A stretch of DNA of 64,000 nt, from NCBI GenBank assembly GCA_963823665.1, contig CAWGMQ010000006.1, positions 736,001-800,000 of the forward strand, given 5' to 3'. Shown here in pieces: positions 30,258 to 45,585 of this stretch. Source of the DNA: an uncultured Planctomycetota bacterium (lineage in GTDB: Bacteria; Planctomycetota; Planctomycetia; Isosphaerales; Isosphaeraceae). Each line of letters begins with the position of its first letter. Position 1 is the first letter of the stretch. A program made the translations under genes and the position numbers. The notes below the pieces were generated by a model. The model worked only from the letters and a program-made list of their open reading frames with translations. It was not told where the DNA came from and did no database searches.

Positions 30258-31088
30258 ATGGTTCCGACGATTGAGCAGGTCAGGCAAGCGGCGTACCACC
30301 GATGGACCAAGCGCGGCCGGTTTCATGGGGACGACCACGAAGATTGGCTCGCCGCTCAAGATGAGTTGACCTTCAGCCTCAATTATCAAACGGCAGCCGC
30401 CTATCCGCTCGACGGCCCGGGAGCGCTGATCCTCAATGATCCACGCGGTCGCTACTGCCGGTTCTGCGAACGGACAGCAGCGCAAGTACCGTTCGGAGGC
30501 CCGATGCCTCTGCTCGCCGGTGGCTCGTCGCCTTCGCTCGCGAGCTCGTCGATGTGCAACGAATGCCGGAACGGCTTTCGCGATGCCCAGGCTGACCGGC
30601 TGGAGCGGTTTTGGATGGATCTGGCAGAGGGCGCGGGTCAACGCGATGGAAGCGCCCGAGCCGGACGATCGGCCAATTACTCACTGGCTGTTTTCAAGGC
30701 GCTGGCCGGTTGTGCTCTCCTGATCATGCCGGCAAGCGACCTGAGTTATTTCGTCGATACGCTCGAGTGGGTGGGCAATCCGCACGACGCGAGCGACAGC
30801 CGGCTTCTGGAGCGGGATGCAACGTGCGTGGTCTACCTGGCGCCATTCTGGTCAGAGCGATCTTGGATCTCGCTGGCGCGGCGCATCGAGAAGGACGCTC
30901 CCCTGCCGTACATGGTGTCGTTGCTGGCGGTAGGCGGCGTGCTCATGCAGATCTCGCTCCCCTTGTGCATCCGCGATCAAGACTTGGACGGCCGCTCCGT
31001 GCGCATCCCGCGCCGCTCGTTCACGGAGGGGGAAGGCGAATCGTTCCAGCAGGCTCGGATGCTCGAGTTTGGGCTCGAGCGTGGATGA
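30258..31088 (+). CDS. DUF2934 domain + degenerate HNH-like zinc-binding domain protein
   Basis: [15 protein letters not shown]...[10 protein letters not shown] (DUF2934); CRFC...CNEC. Confidence 0.65.
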   Translation: MVPTIEQVRQAAYHRWTKRGRFHGDDHEDWLAAQDELTFSLNYQTAAAYPLDGPGALILNDPRGRYCRFCERTAAQVPFGGPMPLLAGGSSPSLASSSMCNECRNGFRDAQADRLERFWMDLAEGAGQRDGSARAGRSANYSLAVFKALAGCALLIMPASDLSYFVDTLEWVGNPHDASDSRLLERDATCVVYLAPFWSERSWISLARRIEKDAPLPYMVSLLAVGGVLMQISLPLCIRDQDLDGRSVRIPRRSFTEGEGESFQQARMLEFGLERG

Positions 31089-31106
31089 ACGGACGCCCGC
31101 ACTCCC

Positions 31107-34721
<3,615 letters not shown>

Positions 34722-34725
<4 letters not shown>

Positions 34726-36470
34726 GGAGTCTCCCGATCCTGTTCCAGAGACTCCGCATCATACCGGCTCCCGGTCAAGCACCCGATGAAATCTTTGAGT
34801 CCTGCGAAATCCAGCCAGAGACACCGGAACGCGACGTGACCGTCGGGCCGGATGAGATACAGCCCCCGCGGATTGGCCGCCGAAATCCCGTATGCCTCGA
34901 ACACCTGGTTTGACTCCGCCTGCACGATCCGCGCGTCGCGTCCGATGAGCGAGTGCGCGACGATATGCGTCTCGAGCGGGATGCCGATCGTCCGGGGCAA
35001 AGCGGCCATCTCGGCAGCAAGTTTTTCGATCTCATCGCGCGAAAGCGGTCTTCGCGACAGCGCCAGAACGTGCCAGCGATAGCCTTGAATGAGACTGAAG
35101 ACGTCGCAGCTCCGCGCGATCTGCCCGTTCGGGGCGCGGCGTCCCGCGGCTGGCCCCTCACGCCACTCGCCCGCCGCTCCGGAGCTCGATCCGTCCTTGA
35201 CGAACATGCTTTCGTCGTAGCGAATTCCCAGTTGCGAAATAAAATGAAACGCACGCGATCGAACCGTTCCCGACCGCGTGATCACCGCACCGAAGATGGG
35301 CAGCAACATGTTGCGAATCCCGGCGAGCCAACCTGTTTGCGAAGTCATCGTGCTGAATACTCGGTCCGTGAATTCGAGCACCTTCTGGCCGACGGGCCAC
35401 CGTTCCGAATGATATGTATCGAGCAGGCCATCCGGCGCTCCTCCTTTGAGCACCGCGGCGAGCTTCCAGGCCAGGTTCGCCGCATCCTGCAGGCCGGTGT
35501 TCATCCCTTGTCCGCCGGCTGGACTATGGATATGGGCCGCATCTCCGGCAACGAAGACCCTTCCTTCTCTGTATTTGTTCACCCCACGATGATGGATACG
35601 GTACCGCGTTGTCCACACCGCATCGTGCAGCGTCACGTCCGGGCCGCATGCCTCCCGGAAAGCCGTTTGCACCTCCTCGAGTGAGATCGGCTCGGCACTG
35701 GTCGCTTCCGCCTCGCGCGAGCCGGGTGAAGCCGCCGCAGGCTGCTCGCCCATGATCGCGATCACCCGGCACATATCTCTCCCTTTCAAGGGCAGGTAGA
35801 CCGCGAAGTGGTGGCCGCGCAGGAAGAGCTTCATGTGATCATAGTCGAGTGCCCAGTCGAGCTTGCAGTCGGCAAGCAGAAATCCTTGCGGGTACGCGTC
35901 GCCTTGATAAGTAAGCCCGAGTGTCTTGCGCACGATGCTATGCGCACCGTCGGCCCCGATGAGATATCTCGCGCTGAAGCGATGGCTCGCGCCGGCATTA
36001 TCCGTGGCCGTTGCGTCGACGCCATGTTCGTTCTGCGTGAAGCCGGTGACCAGGGCGCCGTGCAGGACCTCGATACCCTGGCGCTTGAGGTCATCGACCA
36101 GGATGGCTTCGATGTCCCACTGAGGCACCATGAGCAAAAACGAGTAAGGCGTATCCGGCCTGCCGATATCATCAAAATTCAGCTCGGCAACCTGTTTGCC
36201 GTCGAGAAAGACCTGTGCCCCGCCCGCAATCAGTCCGCGATTCAAGAACTCTTCCGCAATCCCGATATTCAGGAACAGCTCGAGCGATTTGGCCTGCACG
36301 CCGAACGCGCGCGATTCATGGGCCTGCTGGTCGGTCTTGTCGACAACGCAAACCCGAACGCCGCACCGGGCCAGTAACGTAGCCGCCATCAAACCCGTCG
36401 GTCCCGAGCCCACGATCAAGACGTCGGTATCGTGTGAGTGTGCCGCGTTTGTTGCTTCGGATGCCATCAT
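34722..36470 (-). CDS. FAD-dependent monooxygenase (PheA/TfdB-like)
   Basis: IVGSGPTG, IGADGAHS, GDAAHIHSPAGGQGMNTGLQDA, LIRPDGHV. Confidence 0.93.
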
Positions 36471-36492
36471 GAAAAATGACTCCAGCCTGGGG

Positions 36493-36873
36493 TTATCGTC
36501 GATCCCCAGTCACCAGGCACGTAGCGAGACGTTTGCGCCAGTAGTCCGGGTCCTCAGCAATCGCAGAAAGCAGCCGGCACGCGATCGGACTCGGCAGACG
36601 AAGCCCCTGTTCCCATGATCTCACGGTGGACGGATCGACGCCAAGGAATGCCGCGAAAGACGCCTGGCTCATCGCAAGAGTCTCGCGCACCCGACGGACC
36701 TCCTTGCCACGGCACTGGGCCGGCGGCGGAATCTTGAAGGTGCGCACGGTGAACTGCGACTCGAGCGGCTTCCCGGCTCGAAGTGTCGCGGCCAGATTCT
36801 TCAATCCATCAACAATTTCCTGGCCCTTGGACGTGACCGGCCCTCGCGCCGAACGGCTTGCCAGTTTGCTCAT
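36493..36873 (-). CDS. XRE/HigA-like helix-turn-helix protein
   Basis: VRETLAMSQASFAAFLGVDPSTVRSWEQG. Confidence 0.85.
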   Translation of the reverse strand: MSKLASRSARGPVTSKGQEIVDGLKNLAATLRAGKPLESQFTVRTFKIPPPAQCRGKEVRRVRETLAMSQASFAAFLGVDPSTVRSWEQGLRLPSPIACRLLSAIAEDPDYWRKRLATCLVTGDRR

Positions 36874-39112
36874 TTGATCTTTCCCTTCAACTCTTGGCTG
36901 ATTTCCTCCCCACCAGCCCCCGCCTGCACCCTCACCAACCGTCTCGTCAGATAGATCTCTACACAAAGCCCCGCCAGCGCCGCAAGAATCACGAACCGCC
37001 AGACCTCGTGCCGGCTTCCACCTCCGGCGGCGAAGACCCCCAGCTCGGATGCCTTCAAGTCGCTCACGAATTCAAGCGGCCAACCCTCGGCCAGTTTCGC
37101 AGCTTCCTCCGGTTCCAGCGCCGCCGGGTCCGTTTCGCGTTCGTCGCGGTCAACGGCGCCAAACATGAAGCTTCCCGGCGGTGGGCCGGCCAAAGACAGC
37201 CGGTAGATCCCTGATTCGACCGTATCCTCGAATCGAGCCTGAACCAGACCGCGGCTCCGAATCACTTCCGCCTGCGCCTTGGTGCCGCTTGGCGTCTCGA
37301 TCGGCAGGAACTTCACGTCGGGCGCAGGCGCCGCGTCCAGCGGAAAAATCAGCGGCTCCCCCGCGCGCACCAGAAGCGGATCGCCACCTCCTGCCAGGTG
37401 GAACATCCACTCGTGCGCCAGCGGCACAAAATCGGGATTCACCGGCAACGTACCGGCTTCCGCGTCGATCGCCGTCGCGAGCGCCAGGACGCGCCCGCGG
37501 CCCCGGCTTCGCTCAACCAGCCACGGATCGCCCGTATCCAGCCTGCCCAGCACCGCGCTGCCGGCCGTCGGCTCAAGTTTGACAAACGCGAAGAAATCGG
37601 CCTCGCCCAGCGCCGGTGAATCACCCTGGCCCAGCGCCGACATGAGCGGCCCGCTGAATGTCCGCGGAGCGGGGTGTGCGACGACTTTCCCTTCCGAGGC
37701 ACTTCCGGTCACGCTCGTGAGCCGGGCCGGCATCCAGGGAGCAATGTTCCACGACGAAATCTCGGTCCGGTCGCCCGGAGTCACCAGAAGTCCCCCCCCT
37801 GCCCCGACAAAATCTCCAATCGCGGCCGACTGCTCGGGCGAGACCCGATCGAGATTCGCGAGCACCGCCACCTTCATTCCCTCGAGTGATCGAGATCTGA
37901 GCTCCTGGCCGCTCACCACTTTGACCCGGAACTGCGGAGCCTCGTCGCCCGACGGCGCCAGTGCAGCGCGCAGGAAGTCGGTCTCCCCGGAGAACGGCTC
38001 GACCCCCGGCTCACCATTGACCAGCAGAACGGGAATCGCCGGCGCCACCTGGATGGGCACGGCCCGAAGATGACCGGCCTCAAGTGCATGATCACCCGAG
38101 AGTCGAACCGCCAGCACGTGTGAACCCTGCTGGCTGAACGACGTGCGGAAGTGGACCGGAACACGCCCGCCCGCGGGAATCGGCCCGACAATCTCCGGCG
38201 AGGCCGACGCCGGCTGGTCATCCACCAGCAGCTCCGCAGCACCGGAAAACTCACCGGGCCCGGCGTTGCTCACGTCAGCCGTCACGTCCAGTGGCAAGCC
38301 GGGCGCCAGCAGCGAGCGAGAAACGGTCAGTTTCTCAACTGTCGGATTCGAGCTGGTGGCATCATCCGACTTCCCGGGCAAGAACGTGATCGACCAGATT
38401 CGTGGCGGAACGGTCATTCGACCGTGAAGCTGCGCAGCAAACCCCATCGCCCCGTCTCGCCCGGGCGCCAGGGGAAGCGTTGACCATCTGAGAGCACAAT
38501 CACATTGCGTTCGGGGTTTTCGGTTCGCTCGAGGATTCGAAGCGCTTCGGCCAGGGCCGCCGCCAGGTCGCTCGCTCCCCGCGGCGGCTTGACGGCGTCC
38601 AGGAGCTTTTGAACCTTGCCCAGGTCGAATGTGGGCGGGTCGATCAGCCGTTGCACTGCGTCGCCTGCCAGTAGCAGTGCAATCGAATCGCCCGGCCGGC
38701 AGCGGCCGGCGAAAGACCTGGCCCATGCCGACGCACGCTCAAGCGCACTGGAATCACCCAGCTTCCGTTCCATGCTCTCGGAGACATCGAGGATGAGGAC
38801 GATGTCGCGTGGTGGCCCATCCAGCCCAAGACCCGCTCCCGCCCCGGCATCCGCCGTTGCGCTTGCTTTCCGTGACCAGAACGGTCGCGCGAGTGCGAAC
38901 ACAACCAGACCGAGCAACGCCATCCTTGCCGCCATCAGCAAGATCTCGGCCAGCTTGATCCTTCTCCGGGCTCGCCGTCCCGGCTCGAGGAACTGCATCG
39001 CCCCCCAGTCGAGCACCTCTCCGCGCCGTCGGTTCAGGAAGTGGATGATCACCGGCAGGGCCACCCCCATGAGCCCCACCAGAACCGCAGCGTTCAGGAT
39101 GCCCCAGCTCAT
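36870..39112 (-). CDS. BatA-domain + vWA + CARDB-like membrane protein; apparent frameshift near 38420
   Basis: LPVIIHFLNRR...WGAMQFL, LDVSESM, VLSDGQ; the downstream ORF 36870-38726 supplies the C-terminus. Confidence 0.85.
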
Positions 39113-40020
39113 CGCGAGAGCCCCCCGCGCCGCGATCGTCGCGAGAGGTAGTCGAGCAGGATCTTCTCGACCTCGTCTCCTGTCGAGGCCTTGTGATAGT
39201 CGGCTCCGATCGCGTGCACCTGCTCCTTCAGCTCCCGGCAGAAGCGGCCGAAGCGTTCGAGGTAGGCGGCACGGAGCGCGATCGGGTCAACTCGCAGCAG
39301 TTGGCCGGGCCGCTCCAGATCGCGAAGCTGTATCGGGCTGCGGAACGGGAACTCCTCCTCTTCTGGCGCCAGAATATGGAAGAAGAGCACTTCGTGATGG
39401 CGGTGCCGCAGGTGGCGCAGCGCCGTGATCAGATCATCCAGTACGTCGAAGCCGTCCGAGAGAATGATCACCAGCCCTCGCCGCTTGATCCGTTCGGCGA
39501 TCGTATGCACGATCCGGCTGAGCCCGATGTCGCCGCCGGTGTTGGTCGCTTCGAGGCCCTGGCAGATGACGGAGAAATGGGAGGGTGCCGACCGCGGAGG
39601 AATCATCGATCGCACCCGGGTGTCGAACGTCGCCAGCCCCACGGCATCGCGCTGGCCGATCATCAGATACGCGAGCGACGCGGCGATCCGCCGGGCATGT
39701 TCGAGCTTCGAGATCGTCCGGCCCGCGTAGCCCATGCTTCCCGACGAATCGACGACAATCATCGCCTTGAGGTTCGTCTCTTCCTCGTATTCTTTGACGT
39801 AATACCGGTCGGTCTTGCCGAACGCTCGCCAGTCGATATGCCGGATTTCATCCCCGGGCCCATATTGCCGGTGCTCGGCAAACTCGACTGAAAACCCTTT
39901 GAACGGGCTTTTGTGCAGCCCTGCGATCACCCCTTCGACCACCAGCCGCGCCAGCAGCTCCAGCCGCCCGAACCGAGCCAGAGTCGTGGGATCAATCCGT
40001 TCCGAATGAGCCTCCGCCAA
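39109..40020 (-). CDS. DUF58 family protein
   Basis: GLHKSPFKGFSVEFAEHRQY.PGD..RHIDW, DSSGSM, ILSD. Confidence 0.92.
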   Translation of the reverse strand: MAEAHSERIDPTTLARFGRLELLARLVVEGVIAGLHKSPFKGFSVEFAEHRQYGPGDEIRHIDWRAFGKTDRYYVKEYEEETNLKAMIVVDSSGSMGYAGRTISKLEHARRIAASLAYLMIGQRDAVGLATFDTRVRSMIPPRSAPSHFSVICQGLEATNTGGDIGLSRIVHTIAERIKRRGLVIILSDGFDVLDDLITALRHLRHRHHEVLFFHILAPEEEEFPFRSPIQLRDLERPGQLLRVDPIALRAAYLERFGRFCRELKEQVHAIGADYHKASTGDEVEKILLDYLSRRSRRGGLSR

Positions 40021-40081
40021 AGCCGGCCCCTTCCCGCTGCGAAAGATCCCAGTCCGAAATCCGAAATCCAAATTCCAAAAT

Positions 40082-41122
40082 CTAAAATCGACTGCCCGCC
40101 CGCTCGCTCTCGGCGGGAACTTCCTCCATCAGCTTGGCGATGATCTGCTCGGGGCCAATGCCTTCGGCTTCAGCGTGAAACGTGGTGACGATGCGGTGCC
40201 GCAGGACCGGCCTGGCAACCTCGCGAATGTCGGCGATGCCCGCATGAAGCCGCCCCTGGAGGACCGCCCGGGTCTTGGCGGCCAGGATCAGCGATTGACC
40301 GGCCCGGGGACCAGCCCCCCACGAGACGCACTTTTGAACCATCTCGCCGGCGCCGGGCTCCTGCGGCCGGCTGGCGCGCACCAGGTCGCGAGCGTATTGA
40401 AACACATGGTCCGGCACCGGAACTCGCCGCACCAATCGCTGAATCGCCACGATCTGCTCGGCCGAGAGCGCCACGGTCGTCTCGGGTGCCAGGTCGCCGG
40501 TCGTTCGCTTGAGAATCTCCAGCTCTTCGTCGCTGGTGGGGTATTTCACCAGGATATTGAGCATGAATCGATCGAGCTGGGCCTCGGGCAGCGGATACGT
40601 CCCTTCCTGTTCGATCGGGTTCTGGGTCGCCAGCACGAAGAATGGGTCGGGCAACGGGTACGTCACGCCGCCGGCGCTGACGTGCCGCTCTTGCATCGCC
40701 TCGAGCAGCGCGGCCTGCGTCTTGGGTGGCGTCCGGTTGATCTCGTCCGCCAGAATCATGTTGGCGAAGATCGGCCCGGCGATGAACGTGAACCGCCGGC
40801 GGCCGGTTTCAGGGTCATCCTGAAGGATATCGGTGCCCGTGATGTCGGAGGGCATCATATCGGGAGTGAACTGAATGCGGCGGAAGCTGAGGCTCGAGAT
40901 CCTGGCAATCGTGCTGACCAGCAGCGTCTTGGCCAGCCCCGGCACACCCACAAGCAGCACGTGGCCGCGGGCAAAGAGCCCGATCAAAAGCTCTTCGACC
41001 ACGAGATCCTGGCCGATGATCACCCTGCCGATCTCGGCTCGGACCTTCTGATACGCCTCGGTCAGCTCGTGCGCGGCCTGGAGGTCATCGCGGCTCCCCT
41101 CCGATCTCTCTCCCGTGGGCAT
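40082..41122 (-). CDS. moxR: MoxR-family AAA+ ATPase
   Basis: GVPGLAKT, RIQFTPD, LADEINR, ATQNPIEQEGTYPLPEAQLDRF. Confidence 0.95.
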   Translation of the reverse strand: MPTGERSEGSRDDLQAAHELTEAYQKVRAEIGRVIIGQDLVVEELLIGLFARGHVLLVGVPGLAKTLLVSTIARISSLSFRRIQFTPDMMPSDITGTDILQDDPETGRRRFTFIAGPIFANMILADEINRTPPKTQAALLEAMQERHVSAGGVTYPLPDPFFVLATQNPIEQEGTYPLPEAQLDRFMLNILVKYPTSDEELEILKRTTGDLAPETTVALSAEQIVAIQRLVRRVPVPDHVFQYARDLVRASRPQEPGAGEMVQKCVSWGAGPRAGQSLILAAKTRAVLQGRLHAGIADIREVARPVLRHRIVTTFHAEAEGIGPEQIIAKLMEEVPAESERAGSRF

Positions 41123-41290
41123 GCAGACTCCCCGTTTTCCTTGCAAGCGAATCCCATGGCGTGGCCCGTGCTCCAGGCTCATCCGTCCATTTGCGCATGT
41201 CAAGTCCGCGGATGCAAGCATGCCGGCACCCGATGCGCCCTCCCCGAACGCGATCAAGCCGTCTAGAATGAGACAGCTTGGGCTGTCGCT

Positions 41291-41791
41291 TTGGATCCCT
41301 CCTCTATCTGGAACAGCCGCTCCCGGCTGTCCGATCGCGTGCAAACAGAATCCAGCCACGAATTGCTTGCAAAGTACCCCGTCGCGATCAAGGTCCCGGT
41401 CCAGTGGGGAGATCAGGACGCTTTCGGTCATGTCAACAACACGGTGCCTCACCGCTGGTTCGAGTCGGTGCGGATCGAACTGTTCGGACGAATCGGCCTC
41501 CTCGAGTCGCTCAAGGAACGCCGGATCGGCCCGATCCTGGCCGCCGTCTCGTGCAACTACCGCCGCCAGATCAATTTCCCCGATATCGTGCACGTGGGCA
41601 TCCGCGTGGCGCGAATCGGCCGGACCAGCATCGGTTTCGAGCACGTGATCGTGTCCGAGACGCAGCAAGCCGTCGTCGCCGACGGAACCTCGACCACGGT
41701 CGTGTTCGACTACCACGCCGGCAAGCCTCACCCGGTGCCCGAATCCGTTCGCCGCGCCATCGAGTTGCTCGAGGGCCGCACATTCGAATGA
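41291..41791 (+). CDS. Acyl-CoA thioesterase (4HBT hotdog fold)
   Basis: WGDQDAFGHVNN, IGRTS; start uncertain. Confidence 0.88.
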   Translation: MDPSSIWNSRSRLSDRVQTESSHELLAKYPVAIKVPVQWGDQDAFGHVNNTVPHRWFESVRIELFGRIGLLESLKERRIGPILAAVSCNYRRQINFPDIVHVGIRVARIGRTSIGFEHVIVSETQQAVVADGTSTTVVFDYHAGKPHPVPESVRRAIELLEGRTFE

Positions 41792-41798
41792 TAAAACG

Positions 41799-42593
41799 AT
41801 GCTTCGAATCCCGATCGACGACCTCGACGACCCCCGGCTCGCCATCTACCGATCGCTCAAGACGACGAATCTCACCCGTAGCCTCGATCAGTTCGTCGTC
41901 GAGGGCGAGAAGCTCGTCGCCCGGCTGCTCGAGAGCCGGTTTCCGCTCGTCTCGATCCTGGTGACCGATCGGCACCTGCCAGCGCTGGGAGTCGATCCGC
42001 CCGAAGAAGTTCCGGTCTTCATCCTCCCTCACGAGCGAATCGATCGACTCGTCGGCTTCCCGTTTCACCGTGGTGTTCTCGCCTGCGCCGCCCGGCGGCC
42101 TCAGCCGCCGATCGAGGAAATCATCGCCTCGCACCCCGCGCCGGTTTTCCTGGTCGTGTGCCCCAAGCTCAGCGATCCCGAAAACCTGGGTGCCATCGCA
42201 CGCATCAGCGACGTCTTCGACGTCGCCGCGATCATGACCGGCCCGGAATGCCCCGACCCCTTCTCGCGCAGAGTCCTTCGCGTCTCGATGGGTTCGATCC
42301 TGCGCGTACCGATCGTCGTCTCGAACCCGCTCGCCGATGTGGTAGACCGCCTGGTCGATACATCAAGCCTGCGCTTATTTGCCGCCGTGGCCGATCCGTC
42401 GGCCATCCCTTTCGAACAGGTCGCGCTCCCCGCTCGCTCGGCCCTGGTCCTGGGCGACGAGGACCAAGGAATCGATCCAGAATGGCTCGCGCGATGCCAC
42501 GAGCGAATCACGATCCCCATGCGAAAGGGAGCTCGCTCGCTCAACGTGGCCGTTGCTGCAGGTATCTTGATCCACGGCCTCTCGAGGCGCTGA
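41799..42593 (+). CDS. TrmH/SpoU-family RNA methyltransferase
   Basis: DPENLGAI, RVSMG, LGDEDQG, IPM...SLNVAVA. Confidence 0.9.
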   Translation: MLRIPIDDLDDPRLAIYRSLKTTNLTRSLDQFVVEGEKLVARLLESRFPLVSILVTDRHLPALGVDPPEEVPVFILPHERIDRLVGFPFHRGVLACAARRPQPPIEEIIASHPAPVFLVVCPKLSDPENLGAIARISDVFDVAAIMTGPECPDPFSRRVLRVSMGSILRVPIVVSNPLADVVDRLVDTSSLRLFAAVADPSAIPFEQVALPARSALVLGDEDQGIDPEWLARCHERITIPMRKGARSLNVAVAAGILIHGLSRR

Positions 42594-42637
42594 TCGCCAG
42601 CGTCGAACCCGGGCCAAAACTGGGATGTTGAAAGCTT

Positions 42638-42668
42638 CCCCCCTTAAAAAGGGGGGGCCGGGGGGGGT
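42638..42668. repeat. C6-TT-AAA-AA-G6 hairpin with G-rich tail between convergent genes (REP-like element or terminator)
   Basis: CCCCCCTTAAAAAGGGGGG followed by GCCG and a G run. Confidence 0.55.
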
Positions 42669-42790
42669 GCATCCCGGCGGCCACGCTCACAAAGCCGTCG
42701 CGCAACAGACAACGCCGAACCGTTCACGGCGAAATTCGTCAATAAGGCCGAGTTTTCACCAGCGAAGGTGCGCTGTGCGCCTCTTCCGGC

Positions 42791-43447
42791 TCAATCCCCC
42801 ACAGTCCCCCCCTCGAGCCCATCAAGATGGTCGCCCTTCTGCTCCAGCCGCTTCCGGATCAACTGCATCTTGAGCTCCACGCAGCGCACCGTGCGCCCGA
42901 TCGAGCAAGCGATCTCGGCGTTCGTGAAACCATCGAGCTTCCACAGCACGATTTGCCGCAGCTCCGGCGTCAGGCCTTGCAACAGCCGGTCGATCTCTTC
43001 GAGCACGATGACTTTCTCTTCGTGGCTGGGCTTGCTGCCGTCGACGTGCTCGAGCATCCACTGGGGAAACTTCGATTCACCACCCACGCCTCGGTCACGC
43101 CCCGCCACCGCCTCGCGGCGCACGTCCCGTATCGCCGCCATGTGCCGGTGTGCCGTGTTCACCACCTTGCACATCGTGATTCGCACCAGCAGCTTCCAGA
43201 GCTCCTCGCGACTGGCCGGGGGTGTCTTCCCCTCGAACTGCCCCATGCAGAAGCTCGAATACATGCTCTGCAAGATGTCGTTCTCGTCTTCCCGCCGCCG
43301 GATCCGATTGTCCAGGTGGCGGCGCACAAGGTTCTGAAGCCGCGACGAGAATCGCTCCCAGATCACGCGGGCCGCTTCATCCCGCTGGCGACAGTCCGGC
43401 GAGCGCAGATCCTGTATGCATAGCGTGAGAGAGCCAATGGAGCTCAT
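42791..43447 (-). CDS. ECF-type sigma factor (planctomycete kinase-associated type)
   Basis: IWERFSSRLQNLVR, DENDILQS, LWKLL, KLDGFTNAEIA...TVRCVELK. Confidence 0.85.
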   Translation of the reverse strand: MSSIGSLTLCIQDLRSPDCRQRDEAARVIWERFSSRLQNLVRRHLDNRIRRREDENDILQSMYSSFCMGQFEGKTPPASREELWKLLVRITMCKVVNTAHRHMAAIRDVRREAVAGRDRGVGGESKFPQWMLEHVDGSKPSHEEKVIVLEEIDRLLQGLTPELRQIVLWKLDGFTNAEIACSIGRTVRCVELKMQLIRKRLEQKGDHLDGLEGGTVGD

Positions 43448-43898
43448 GACCGCTCCTCCGAATTCGGACTAAAGAATCCACCGTCAAAGACCGTAACGAG
43501 CCGCCCTTTCTTGCACTCCGTTATCCTAATCAACAAAAGCCCCTGCTGCACCGAAGAACCCCGCCCACATCCAAAAATCGATGCGTTAAGATGGCACGCG
43601 GCCACGCAGCCGTGCATGCTTTATCGCAATTCTGAAGACCATCCGCAGAATGCCGGCGGTTGGAGCGGTCGGGCTACGACTTCCTTCGGGATTGTGCTTC
43701 CGTTCGTTGATGTTCAGATGGGCGCACCTCGCCGAGGGGCGGCTTTCAACGTACCCGGGCAGCCGTCGTCCGCAAGCGGTTGGGCGGTTCCGGAAAAGTC
43801 ACTCGCGTATTGGAGTTTTGATTTTGATAGAATCTTTGGTGGGCAGAGCGCTGGAAGCGGTACCACTCCGTGGAGGCGCGGAGAGAGCTCACGACCAA

Positions 43899-45562
43899 AT
43901 GGCGACTCCAGAAAGCATGACTCCGACACTCCAGGTGATGAACGGAACGACGACGGGGCGTCTCTACCAGCTCGATAAAGAGATCACCATCGTCGGCCGC
44001 AATCCTGACTGCGACATTGTCTTGGCGCCCAAGTCCGTGTCGCGAAAGCATGCGGTGATCGTGCGCAAGCTAGCCGGCTACGAGTTGAAGGATCTCGGCA
44101 GCACTCGCGGAACTTACGTCGACGGTCAGAAAGTCTCGCAGCCGGTCTTTTTGAGGGATGGCAACGCGATCCAGATGGGCGAGGTGCTGCTGAACTTCTC
44201 CAGCCGTCTGGTTCAGATCGAAGAAGGTGACGAGCAGTCGACGGTCTTCGCGGCGATCGACGTTCTCAACCAGAGCGACAAGAATTTCCCGATGGTCAAG
44301 CCCGAGGCCAAGTTTCGGGCCTTGAGGCTGATCGGGCAGGAGCTAGGGGGCACGCTGGTCCTCACCGAGGTCCTGGAACGGATTTTCAACTCGCTCTTCG
44401 AGATATTCCCCCGCGCCGAGCGCGGGTTCGTGCTCTTGAAGGACGAAGCCTCGGGCGCCTTGCTGCCGCAGATCATCCGGTCGCGAACCGGGCCCGCCGG
44501 TGACTTGAAGATCAGCAAGACGGTGCTCAACCGCGTCATGAACGCCGGCCAGGCGATCCTGAGCAAGGATCTCGCCGAGGAGTTTCCCGACAGCGCCAGC
44601 GTCTCCGACAGCAAGATCCGCTCTCTGATGTGCGTGCCGCTCTTCGACGAAGACCGGAAGGCCGTTGGCATCATGCAGATCGACACGCGAGACGGCCGCG
44701 GGCGGTTCGAGCAGGACGACCTCGATCTCATGGCGGCGGTCGCCAGCCAGATCAGTGTCGCGGTCCAGAACGCCGCAGCTTCACAAGGCCCTGGTGCGCG
44801 CAGCGTGAGATGGAGCAGGAGCTCCAGTTCGCTCGCCAGGTGATGCAGTCCCTGCTTCCCGACCGCCCGGCTTCCGTTCCAGGCTACGAATTCTGGGCGT
44901 ATTACGAGCCGGCCCGGCACGTCGGAGGCGACTATTACGGTTTCATCCCGATGCCGGCCTCAAGCGGCGATGATGAGGCAAGTGCAAGCCGGTGGGCGAT
45001 CGCCGTCGGCGACGTCGTCGGCAAGGGAATGCCTGCCGCGCTCCTGACCGCCAAGCTCTCCGCCGAGGTGCGCATGAGTCTGCGCGGCAACCTCGACCCC
45101 AACCGGGTCGTCGCGCAGCTCAATCGTCCGTTCGACGGCGGCGTACTCGATATGTACATCACGTTCCTGCTCGCGATACTCGACGTTCAGAAACACCGTC
45201 TCACCGTCGTCAACGCCGGTCACCCGTGCCCTCTGATCATCCGCCGCGACGGCCGCCTGGAAGAGTTCGGCCGCAAAGCGTCGGGATTGCCCCTGGGAAT
45301 CCTGCCCGACTATGCCTACGAATCCGCCGAGACCGTGATCGAGCCCGGAGAAACCGTCGTCCTCTACACGGACGGTGTCACCGACGCGATGGACGCAAAC
45401 GGCGAGCGCGTCGGCGACGACGCCGTACGAGCCGCGCTTTTGAAAGCTCGCCCGGGGGCAGCGGCCGTTGGCGAAGACGTCGTGCAACTGATCCAGCGTC
45501 ACGTCGCCGACCGCCCCCAATTTGACGACATCACCCTCGTCTGCCTCTCCCGCAAGGCGTGA
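43899..45562 (+). CDS. FHA + GAF + SpoIIE (PP2C) phosphatase; apparent frameshift near 44780-44810
   Basis: VGRNPDCD, VSRKHA, DLGSTRGT (FHA); SLMCVPL (GAF); VGGDYY, GDVVGKG, NAGHP, YTDGV, DDIT (PP2C). Confidence 0.9.
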
Positions 45563-45585
45563 GTGAGTTGTGGTACCGTAAATAG

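Noticed and set aside
41123..41845. N-terminal extension of the MoxR ORF
   Set aside because: It is antisense to the thioesterase gene; MoxR similarity starts at 41122.
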